DNA from: Polyangiaceae bacterium
GTDB taxonomy: Bacteria > Myxococcota_A > Polyangia > Polyangiales > Polyangiaceae
Direction of reading: 5' to 3'
NCBI GenBank assembly: GCA_033763455.1
Contig: JANRKO010000057.1
Location: forward strand, 1-45,014
Length of the DNA stretch: 45,014 nt
Shown piece by piece: positions 37,544-45,014 of this stretch (position 1 is its first letter; each line of letters begins with the position of its first letter). The notes under the pieces were generated by a model. The model ran no database searches, was not told the origin of the DNA, and saw nothing but the letters and a program-made list of their open reading frames with translations. The position numbers and the translations under genes are program-made.

Positions 37544-39646
37544 ATGGCGGACGTGCGACCCAAAACACCCGGATTTTTCAGCCGAAAGCACCGTGCGGAT
37601 ACGGAGCTCGAAGAGTTCCGTTCGCTCATGAAGGCACCTGGAACCTTCGAGGACGGCTTCAGTTGGACGGCATTCGCGGGGGCACTGTTCGTCGCGATGC
37701 TCATGGTGCCAGGCTCCATCTACATGACCCTAATTGCGGGTCTTTCGATTGGCCCAGCAGCGCAATGGGTGACGGTTATCCTGTTTATCGAAGTAGCTCG
37801 TCGCGCGAACAAGCACCTGCGTCGTGCCGAAATCTTCACGCTCTTCTATTTGGCTGGCGCCATCATCGTTACGGCCTCGATGGCACAAGGCCAGTTTCAG
37901 GGGGGCCTCGGTGCTATCTGGGCGCAGTTTTTCGCGCAATCCGATGCTGCTCGTGCTGCCGGTATCGCGGAGAAGCTTCCAACATGGATCGTGCCGACCG
38001 ATCCTGCCGTTCTCGATCAACGCTCCCTGCTGCTGCCTGAGTGGCTGCCGGTGATTGGCCTAGTGGTTTTCACTATGGTGATTGGGCGCATCGACAACAT
38101 GATCCTCGGCTACGGCCTCTTCCGCCTGACCAGTGATATCGAGAAGTTACCGTTTCCAATGGCTCCTGTTGGCGCTCAGGGCATCATGGCGCTCTCGGAG
38201 GAGCAAGACAGCGAGACAAGTGCGCGTGAAGGCACAGCGCTTGGCGAAAATACGGCGCAACAGGCTTCCTGGCGTTGGCGCGTATTTTCAATTGGCAGCG
38301 TGCTCGGGATCGTGTTTGGAGCCATCTACATTGGGATCCCAACCGTAACCGGTGCCTTGCTCGACAAGCCCATCACGATTTTGCCGTTGCCGTTTAAGGA
38401 CTTCACCTCGCAAACCGGGCAGTTCTTGCCGGCGGCAGCGATCGCAATTTCCTTCGACCTCGGCATGCTGCTCTTGGGCATGGTGCTTCCCTACTGGGCT
38501 GCTGTGGGTACGTTTGCGGGGCTCGTTATTACGCTCTTGCTCAACCCCATTCTGCATCTACCCGAGATCGGGATTTTGAAATCCTGGAACCCGGGGGACA
38601 ACATGCAGACCACGTTTTACAAGAACCAGATGGACTTCTATTTCAGCTTCGCCATCGGAGTTGGAATGGCGATAGCCATCGCCGGCTTCGTCTCGGTGGG
38701 TAAGGCTTGGGCGGCGGAGCGCAAGCGTTCCAAGCTTACGGGGCCTCGCAGCCGAATGGCGGCGTTCGATATCCCAGCTGGGCGTGGTGATATCAGGACA
38801 GCCGTGATTATCGCGACGTATTTGGGCGTCATGGCCATGTACATCACCGTCTCCACCTGGCTGCTCTACTTGGCTGACGGCGCCGTTTATTGGCCAGTCG
38901 TTGGCGTGATGCTGTTTTACGCGATTATCTACACGCCGATCGTGAGCTACGTCACTGCTCGCCTCGAAGGCATCGCCGGCGAGGTGCTGAATATTCCGTT
39001 CGTGCGTGAAGCAAGCTTCATCTTCTCGGGCTACCATGGCGTTGCCATTTGGTTCCTGCCCATCCCGCTTCACAATTACGGGGCCATGACGGTGTTTTAT
39101 CGGCAGTGCGAGCTCACAGGCACGCGCTTCTGGTCGATTTGGAAGAGCGAAATCTTGCTCACTCCCATCATCGTCGGCGGCTCGCTCCTGTTCGCCCATT
39201 TCATCTGGGGCCTCGGTCCGATCCCAAGCCCGCAGTACTTGTTCGCCCAAGAGTGGTGGGAAGTCACCGCCGCCCAGCAGTCCATCATCTTCTCCTCCAC
39301 GTTGGGTGGCTTTACGGAGTTTGAAGCGGCATTCAATGGCAACTACATCTTGGCGGGGTTGGGGGTGGGAGGTGTTCTGTTCGCGGCATTTGCCTGGCTC
39401 GGCGCACCGACATTCTTCATCTACGGCATTGTTCGAGGGTTAAACCAGACGCTACCGTTCGTGGTGATCCCGCAGTTTATCGGAGCCCTGATTGGGCGGT
39501 TCTACTTCAGGCGGCAGTTCGGGTTGGTCTGGCGCCAGTATGTCCCCGTGGTTTTCGCCGGTTTCGCCTGCGGCATGGGCCTTATCGGCACGCTCGGCAT
39601 TGGAGCCACATTCGTGTCTAAGAGCGTTTTTACGCTCCCCTTCTGA
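37544..39646 (+). CDS. OPT (oligopeptide transporter)-like polytopic membrane protein
   Basis: 700 aa with about 16 hydrophobic segments, FSWTAFAGALF N-terminus and an EKLPFP motif reminiscent of the OPT/YSL family. Confidence 0.65.
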   Translation: MADVRPKTPGFFSRKHRADTELEEFRSLMKAPGTFEDGFSWTAFAGALFVAMLMVPGSIYMTLIAGLSIGPAAQWVTVILFIEVARRANKHLRRAEIFTLFYLAGAIIVTASMAQGQFQGGLGAIWAQFFAQSDAARAAGIAEKLPTWIVPTDPAVLDQRSLLLPEWLPVIGLVVFTMVIGRIDNMILGYGLFRLTSDIEKLPFPMAPVGAQGIMALSEEQDSETSAREGTALGENTAQQASWRWRVFSIGSVLGIVFGAIYIGIPTVTGALLDKPITILPLPFKDFTSQTGQFLPAAAIAISFDLGMLLLGMVLPYWAAVGTFAGLVITLLLNPILHLPEIGILKSWNPGDNMQTTFYKNQMDFYFSFAIGVGMAIAIAGFVSVGKAWAAERKRSKLTGPRSRMAAFDIPAGRGDIRTAVIIATYLGVMAMYITVSTWLLYLADGAVYWPVVGVMLFYAIIYTPIVSYVTARLEGIAGEVLNIPFVREASFIFSGYHGVAIWFLPIPLHNYGAMTVFYRQCELTGTRFWSIWKSEILLTPIIVGGSLLFAHFIWGLGPIPSPQYLFAQEWWEVTAAQQSIIFSSTLGGFTEFEAAFNGNYILAGLGVGGVLFAAFAWLGAPTFFIYGIVRGLNQTLPFVVIPQFIGALIGRFYFRRQFGLVWRQYVPVVFAGFACGMGLIGTLGIGATFVSKSVFTLPF

Positions 39647-39666
39647 GGAATACGGGTGAGGCGCTC

Positions 39667-40458
39667 ATGAGCATGATTACCGATACAAATACTGCGGCCG
39701 ACTCAGCTGTGCGCGGTGCACGCCTCATCCGTGTGGAGGGCGTGTCCAAGATTTACCGCCTCAAACGCGAGGTTGTGTACGCCCTCAATCAGGTCAGCTT
39801 GGAGATTTTCAGGGGGGAATACCTCTCCATCATGGGCCCATCTGGGTCAGGCAAGAGCACGTTATTCAACATCGTGGGCGCGCTCGATCGTCCGAGCGAG
39901 GGCTCCGTGCGCATTGGCCCGCTGGACCTCACCACGCTTGGCAGCCGCGAGCTGGCGTACGTTCGCTGCAACTACATCGGCTACGTATTTCAGGCGTATA
40001 ATCTCATCCCTTCGCTCAGTGCTCTTAAGAATGTCGCTTTGCCACGCGTGTTCATGGGTGCGAGCCAAACAGACGCCGACGCAATCGCGACCAAGCGGCT
40101 AGAGCAGGTTGGGCTCGGCCATCGGCTGGAGCACCGCCCCGGCGAGCTTTCCGGTGGGCAGCAACAGCGCGTGGCCATCGCTCGCGCGCTGGTGAACGAT
40201 CCCACCATTATTTTGGCGGACGAGCCCACCGCCAACCTCGACCTCACCACCGGCGGCGAGATTATCGAGATCTTGAAGGGCTTAAGCGTCGATCACGGCG
40301 TTACCATCATCACGGCCACCCATGACCATAAGATGCTGAAGAACTCGGATCGAGTCATCAACATCCGCGATGGAAGAATCGAGAGTGTGAAGCTGCGCGA
40401 TGAGCTCAACATTCAAGAGGGTGAGATCGAAATCGGCGGCGCAGCCGTCGCGCACTAG
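39667..40458 (+). CDS. ABC transporter ATP-binding protein (LolD/MacB-type), paralogue of 31722-32483
   Basis: [24 protein letters not shown] and ATHD. Confidence 0.95.
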   Translation: MSMITDTNTAADSAVRGARLIRVEGVSKIYRLKREVVYALNQVSLEIFRGEYLSIMGPSGSGKSTLFNIVGALDRPSEGSVRIGPLDLTTLGSRELAYVRCNYIGYVFQAYNLIPSLSALKNVALPRVFMGASQTDADAIATKRLEQVGLGHRLEHRPGELSGGQQQRVAIARALVNDPTIILADEPTANLDLTTGGEIIEILKGLSVDHGVTIITATHDHKMLKNSDRVINIRDGRIESVKLRDELNIQEGEIEIGGAAVAH

Positions 40459-40856
40459 CCACCCATGCGTTCTCTGGCGTCAGGGTTCCGAAAGGGTTGA
40501 GTTGTTGTGTTCCGTGGACGGCGTATGCTGGGTCCGCGTTTCGGAGTTACGCGAGCAGCCACCATCCTGATTTTATCTGCACTAGAACTGAGTCCGTGGC
40601 GCAGCGCATCGTAGGGATAACGCCCACAAGCCTTCCCCGGAGCACGTCCGGTAAGGTCAGCGGCCAAGCAAAGGGCAATGGCTGGGCGGTGTGAGCAACA
40701 AATGCCATTGCTGTTCGAATCCCCAGAAGTAGGATCCCGTCCGGCGTGGTGCTTCCGGTGCTGGTTACGCCAAATCTCGCTTGTTAGCTTTATTTCTTTG
40801 CTTGGTGTGCCGTCCTGTCAGACACCCGCAGTCGACGTCAGCGCATCTAACTTGCC

Positions 40857-42734
40857 ATGTCCCCAAAAGAACGTTCGCCTGACGGCCTCACCGCAGAGGC
40901 AGCTTCAAACGCGCAAGTTTTACTTCGCTTGTTAAAGCTCGCCTGGCGGCACCGCGTGCGGTGTCTCCTGGTTCTCAGCCTCCAGTCGCTGTTGCTTCTG
41001 CTCGGGGTCTGGGGTCTCAGCTTTGGCGGCATTGGCGTAGACGTGATCCGCCATCATCTGCAGGCGGGTGCGCCGCTGCCGCGCTGGCCCCTTGGGTTAG
41101 CTCCCCCCGCAAGCCTAGATACCTGGCACACGTTGCTGGCGTTGAGCGGTCTTATCTTAGCTATGGCACTCTTTCGCGGGTGCCTCACCTACGTGTATTC
41201 GATTCAGGCGGGCAAGCTGGTTCATATGGACGTTGTGCCCGCAGTGCGTGCAGACGTGTATGCGAAGCTGCAACGGCTGAGTTTTAGGTTTTTTGACGCT
41301 CACGCTAGTGGATCCATCATTAATCGCGTCACGCGCGATGTTCAGCTGTTGCGTTCCTTTGTTGATGGCGTGGTTATTCAGGGCGTCATCATGGCCCTCT
41401 CTTTGCTGCTCTACGCGGCCTATATGTTTCTGACCCATCCTGGGTTAACGGCGGCAAGCTTAATTCTGTCGCCTGTTTTGGCGATTATTACGAATCGCTT
41501 TTCCAAGTGGGCGCAACCAGAATACGCAAAGAATCGCAAGCTGGTGGACGACATGGTGCTGCGCATTGCGGAGGGCACCAAAGGCATTCATGTGCTAAAG
41601 GTGTTTGGTCAGGAGCGGAAAGAGCACGAGCGCTTTGTCGAGCGGAATCTGGCCGTGAAGGAGCAGCAAACAGCCATCTTTCGAGCAGTGAGCGTGTATG
41701 GCCCTTCGGTCCAGTTCTTGAGCCAATTGAACGTTGCCGTACTGCTCGGCTACGGAGGCTGGCTGGTTTGTGAAAAGGAGCTCACGCTTGGCAGCTTGAT
41801 CGTCTTTACTGGGCTTCTGCAGCAATTCGGCGTGCAGGTGCGTACGATGGCCACGGTGGTGGATGTGCTACAGCAGAGCCTCAGCGGGGCTCGGCGTGTA
41901 TTTGAGGTGTTAGACGCACAGGTTGAGGTTCAAAGCCCGAGCGCGCCGGTGCGTCCGAGCCGCATCCAGGGTGCTCTTAAGTTTGAGAACGTTTCATTTG
42001 CGTTTGGTCCGGAGCAAGCAGCGCTTAACGATATCACTTTTGAGCTGAAGCCGGGGCAGTGCGTCGCGATCTTGGGAGGCACAGGGTCGGGGAAGAGCAC
42101 GTTGCTCAGCCTAATCCCAAGATTCTACGATCCGACGGCAGGTAGGGTCTTGTTGGATGGCGTTGACCTTCGTTCGCTCGACCTCGATATTCTGCGCAGA
42201 AACGTCGGAGTCGTGTTTCAAGAGAGTCTGCTCTTTAGCGCTACCGTTGCCGAGAATATTGCATTCGGAAAGCCGGACGCGAGCCAGGGCGATATTGAGC
42301 GCGCAGCCAAAGTTGCCCGCGTTCACGATTTCATCATGAGCCTGCCCGAAGGATACAATACGCTCCTGCAGGAAGCGGCTACCAATCTTTCGGGTGGTCA
42401 GAAGCAGCGCATTGCAATTGCCCGTGCCATTCTGTTAGAGCCGGCAATCTTGCTTCTGGATGATCCCACCGCTTCGGTGGATCCGGATACCGAGCACGAG
42501 GTGCTTGAGGCCGTGGATAGCGCAACAGCGAATCGCACCACGTTCATCGTGGCCCATCGCTTGAGCACGCTGCGCCGAGCAGACATCATTTTGGTGCTCA
42601 AGGACGGGCGTATTGTGCAGCGTGGCACACATGCGGAGCTCATGGAGCAAAGTGGGCTTTATAGTCGTACGGCTCGGCTCCAAACCGGGGATTTTGACGA
42701 CCTCGGGTTGTTGGCCTCTGGAGGAATTTCGTGA
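40857..42734 (+). CDS. Type IV ABC exporter, TMD-NBD half transporter with degenerate Walker B
   Basis: 6-TM TMD, GGTGSGKST, LSGGQKQR, ILLLDD and VAHR. Confidence 0.93.
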   Translation: MSPKERSPDGLTAEAASNAQVLLRLLKLAWRHRVRCLLVLSLQSLLLLLGVWGLSFGGIGVDVIRHHLQAGAPLPRWPLGLAPPASLDTWHTLLALSGLILAMALFRGCLTYVYSIQAGKLVHMDVVPAVRADVYAKLQRLSFRFFDAHASGSIINRVTRDVQLLRSFVDGVVIQGVIMALSLLLYAAYMFLTHPGLTAASLILSPVLAIITNRFSKWAQPEYAKNRKLVDDMVLRIAEGTKGIHVLKVFGQERKEHERFVERNLAVKEQQTAIFRAVSVYGPSVQFLSQLNVAVLLGYGGWLVCEKELTLGSLIVFTGLLQQFGVQVRTMATVVDVLQQSLSGARRVFEVLDAQVEVQSPSAPVRPSRIQGALKFENVSFAFGPEQAALNDITFELKPGQCVAILGGTGSGKSTLLSLIPRFYDPTAGRVLLDGVDLRSLDLDILRRNVGVVFQESLLFSATVAENIAFGKPDASQGDIERAAKVARVHDFIMSLPEGYNTLLQEAATNLSGGQKQRIAIARAILLEPAILLLDDPTASVDPDTEHEVLEAVDSATANRTTFIVAHRLSTLRRADIILVLKDGRIVQRGTHAELMEQSGLYSRTARLQTGDFDDLGLLASGGIS

Positions 42735-44563
42735 ACGCTCGGGCTGTCAATGTGGACCCTGCGTTAGCTCAGGTTGCCAAGGGGCGAGCCCTCCGGTTCA
42801 TGCGTGACGGGTCGGACGAGCCTGTGCAACGTCCGATCAGCTGGGCGATGGTTCGGCGGCTCTACGATTATAGCAGCCGCCACAAGCGGTTAAGGGCCTT
42901 GCTCTTCGTTTTCGTCGCGATCCGAGCCGTACAGGTTCCACTCGTTACGTGGATCATCGGCAAAGTGGTGGGGGGGCCCATCGCTGAGGGCAACTTCACG
43001 AATGTGCTTTGGGGAGTTGCCGCATTTGTCGGCTTTGAGTTGTTCACCGAAATTGTGTGCATCTACCGATCGCGTTGGGCGATGCTGTTTGGGGAAGCCA
43101 TCGTGCATGATGTTCGCAACGATATGCATCGGCACATCATGAGCATGCCGCTTTCGTTCTTTCAGAAAAGGAAGGTGGGGCGTTTCATCAGCCGAATGAC
43201 GTCCGACGTCGATGCCGTGCGCACCGGGGTGCAAGATGTTGTGTTTGTGAGCGTGGTGCAGGCGGGGCAGGCCATCGTGGGCGCCGTAATGATGGCGTAT
43301 TACGATTGGAAGTTGTTCCTCGTGATGCTCGCCCTTGTTCCCATTCTCTGGGCTATCACGCGCTATTTTCGCAGCCGGCTCATTCAGGCGTACCGTCAAG
43401 TACAGGAGAGCTTCAGCCGCGTGACGGCCACTCTGGTGGAGAGCGTTACGGGGATTCGCGTCATTCAGGGCTTCGTGCGCGAGAAGTACAACGGGTACTT
43501 ATTCGAAGAGCTCATCGTGGATCACTCCACGTACAACATGCAGGTCACCAAGCAATCGGCAGCTTTCCTACCCCTCCTTGAGTTTAATGGGCAGTTGTTT
43601 TTGGCGGTGCTCCTCGTGCTCGGGGGTTTTCAAGCGCTTCACGGCGACGTTAGCCTGGCCACCATCATCCAGTTCCTATTCATGTCGAACCTCTTCTTCT
43701 CGGCGATCCCCGCAATTGGTGGCCAATACACCAACGCCCTCACCTCGATGGCTGGCGCTGAACGCGTGTTCGACTTGCTAGACACGAAACCCGATTGGTC
43801 AGATACGCCCAGTGCACAACATCTGCCCACGCTAAAGGGCCGCGTGGAGTTTCGTGATGTGAGCTTTGAGTACGCCCCTGGCCGCCCGGTGTTGCGCAAT
43901 GTGAGCTTCAGCGCAGAGCCGGGTCAGACCATCGCCCTTGTTGGCCCCACCGGCAGCGGAAAGAGCACGCTCATCAAGCTCGTGGGGCGTCTCTATCTGC
44001 CGAGCACCGGTGCGGTGTTGGTGGATGGCGTGGATTCTAAAGAAATTCACGGCGAATCCTTCGCCCATCAAGTGGGCACCGTGCCGCAGGATAACTTTCT
44101 ATTTTCGGGCACCGTGCGCGAAAACATCCGCATGAGTCGCCCGGAGGCCAGCGACGCGGACGTGGAGAACGCGGTACGTTCGCTTGGCCTCTGGGACCTA
44201 GTGAGCGAGCTTCCCAAGGGGTTCGATACGGACGTGGGTGAGGGTGGGGGCAGCCTCTCCCTTGGGCAACGCCAACTCATCTGCTTCGCCCGAGCGCTTT
44301 TGCCGGATCCTAGAATCATTATTTTGGACGAAGCCACGAGCAGCGTCGATGCGGTGACAGAAGCTCGCTTGCAGCTGGCACTCCAGAAGCTCTTGGCCGG
44401 AAGAACAAGCTTCGTTATCGCACATCGCCTGAGCACCATTCGCCACGCGGACACGATCTTGGTCATGCGCGACGGCGAAATCATTGAACGCGGCAAACAC
44501 GCAGAGCTGGTCCAACAAAAGGGCGCTTACTTCGAGCTGCATCGGCAGTTTATTGGGGGTTAG
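42731..44563 (+). CDS. Type IV ABC exporter, partner half transporter
   Basis: GPTGSGKST, LSLGQRQL, IILDEAT and IAHR. GTGA overlap with the preceding gene. Confidence 0.93.
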   Translation: MNARAVNVDPALAQVAKGRALRFMRDGSDEPVQRPISWAMVRRLYDYSSRHKRLRALLFVFVAIRAVQVPLVTWIIGKVVGGPIAEGNFTNVLWGVAAFVGFELFTEIVCIYRSRWAMLFGEAIVHDVRNDMHRHIMSMPLSFFQKRKVGRFISRMTSDVDAVRTGVQDVVFVSVVQAGQAIVGAVMMAYYDWKLFLVMLALVPILWAITRYFRSRLIQAYRQVQESFSRVTATLVESVTGIRVIQGFVREKYNGYLFEELIVDHSTYNMQVTKQSAAFLPLLEFNGQLFLAVLLVLGGFQALHGDVSLATIIQFLFMSNLFFSAIPAIGGQYTNALTSMAGAERVFDLLDTKPDWSDTPSAQHLPTLKGRVEFRDVSFEYAPGRPVLRNVSFSAEPGQTIALVGPTGSGKSTLIKLVGRLYLPSTGAVLVDGVDSKEIHGESFAHQVGTVPQDNFLFSGTVRENIRMSRPEASDADVENAVRSLGLWDLVSELPKGFDTDVGEGGGSLSLGQRQLICFARALLPDPRIIILDEATSSVDAVTEARLQLALQKLLAGRTSFVIAHRLSTIRHADTILVMRDGEIIERGKHAELVQQKGAYFELHRQFIGG

Positions 44564-44575
44564 TGGGAAGCGCCC

Positions 44576-44609
44576 GGGGGCGTGTAGGGGGGCGTGTAGG
44601 GGGCGTGTA
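44576..44609. repeat. Short tandem repeat (G5-6 CGTGTA) x3
   Basis: gggggcgtgta / ggggggcgtgta / gggggcgtgta read directly from the sequence. Confidence 0.85.
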
Positions 44610-44710
44610 CCCTGATCCAGCGATAAGGCGCGGCCTTCATGTGTCAGTGATCGAAATTGCTCCATAGTTGTTGGTAGAGGGCGTCACCGAATTGGTTGGA
44701 TGCCCTCCCC

Positions 44711-44780
44711 AGCTGCCGCTTGATGCGGCAGCTTGCCCCTCGCCAAGCGTCTCCCTGTGTGAGGGAGACGCGGGAGGGGC
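44711..44780. repeat. Two adjacent GC-rich hairpins
   Basis: agctgccgc/gcggcagct (44711-44733), and gcccctc..gcgtctccct/agggagacgc..gaggggc (44735-44780). Confidence 0.75.
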
Positions 44781-44847
44781 GTGTGCCTGGCAGCTCCGCG
44801 CTGCGACGGAGGGGGGTGCGACATGCAAGGTCTCGGGCAGCGCGGCA

Positions 44848-44924
44848 GCTCGTTTTTGGGATTGGGGATAAACAGGGCGGAAGAGGCGGCGACTGTCTGT
44901 GGATGCCCAATCCCAAAAACGAGC
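44848..44924. repeat. Perfect 19-bp inverted repeat
   Basis: gctcgtttttgggattggg (44848-44866) and cccaatcccaaaaacgagc (44906-44924), 39-nt spacer. Confidence 0.9.
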
Positions 44925-44932
44925 CCGCTTGG

Positions 44933-45014
44933 GGCGGCCGGGGCTATCAGCCTGTTTGCAGCTACTGGGCCGAACAAGACTTGGTGGTCGGTGATGAGTA
45001 CCGCGATGGCAATG
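44933..45014 (+). mobile_element. IS1380-family transposase fragment (5'-truncated, runs off the window)
   Basis: Translates GGRGYQPVCSYWAEQDLVVGDEYRDGN, matching the GYQP...W....(E)xRxGN motif I recall for IS1380 DDE transposases. The upstream sequence does not continue the similarity. Confidence 0.65.

Noticed and set aside
40497..40694. 65-aa ORF as a RiPP precursor for the PqqD protein
   Set aside because: TTG start, no clear RBS, no leader/core pattern, and no modifying enzyme in the window
28978..44563. PQQ biosynthesis or a classical RiPP cluster
   Set aside because: No PqqB/C/E, radical SAM, YcaO, lanthipeptide synthetase or lasso cyclase was seen
44576..44930. CRISPR array or tRNA
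   Set aside because: The repeats are 11-12 nt with no spacers, there is no cloverleaf or T-loop consensus, and there are no cas genes
1..45014. The many short overlapping or antisense ORFs in the six-frame track (e.g. 31488-32642 minus, 15156-15926 minus, 17910-18710 plus, 38558-39250 minus)
   Set aside because: They are shadows of well-supported genes in GC-rich DNA, Arg/Pro-rich and without recognisable motifs

Overview
GC-rich bacterial window, most likely from a myxobacterium (Myxococcota, Polyangiales-like). That assignment is inferred from a MYXO-CTERM-tailed, His-brace secreted protein and a membrane-anchored Hanks-type pseudokinase. Four blocks: (1) ~1-14.9 kb, a cell-surface glycosylation cluster with two polyprenol-phosphate GT2 enzymes, five GT-C-like polytopic membrane proteins, a flippase-like protein, a SAM methyltransferase and a discoidin-domain protein. 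(2) ~14.9-28.9 kb, mixed genes: APS reductase with an N-terminal thioredoxin-like fusion, a beta-barrel porin, a pseudokinase, PPi-dependent PEP carboxykinase, DAHP synthase, an LPMO-like MYXO-CTERM protein, a Uma2 protein, a Cys-rich lipoprotein and another GT-C. The DAHP synthase is preceded by an unannotated Phe/Trp/Tyr-rich leader peptide with a terminator and antiterminator. (3) ~29-40.5 kb, a tightly coupled seven-gene operon of unknown function: hypothetical protein, PqqD/RRE, FtsX permease, ABC ATPase, a 1683-aa fusion of an apparently inactive M28 peptidase and FtsX, an OPT-like transporter and a second ATPase. This is the best candidate for an undescribed system. (4) ~40.9-45 kb, a heterodimeric ABC exporter, a strongly palindromic non-coding stretch and an IS1380-like transposase remnant at the window edge. 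No rRNA, tRNA or CRISPR array was recognised. All family calls come from motif recognition by eye; no searches were run.
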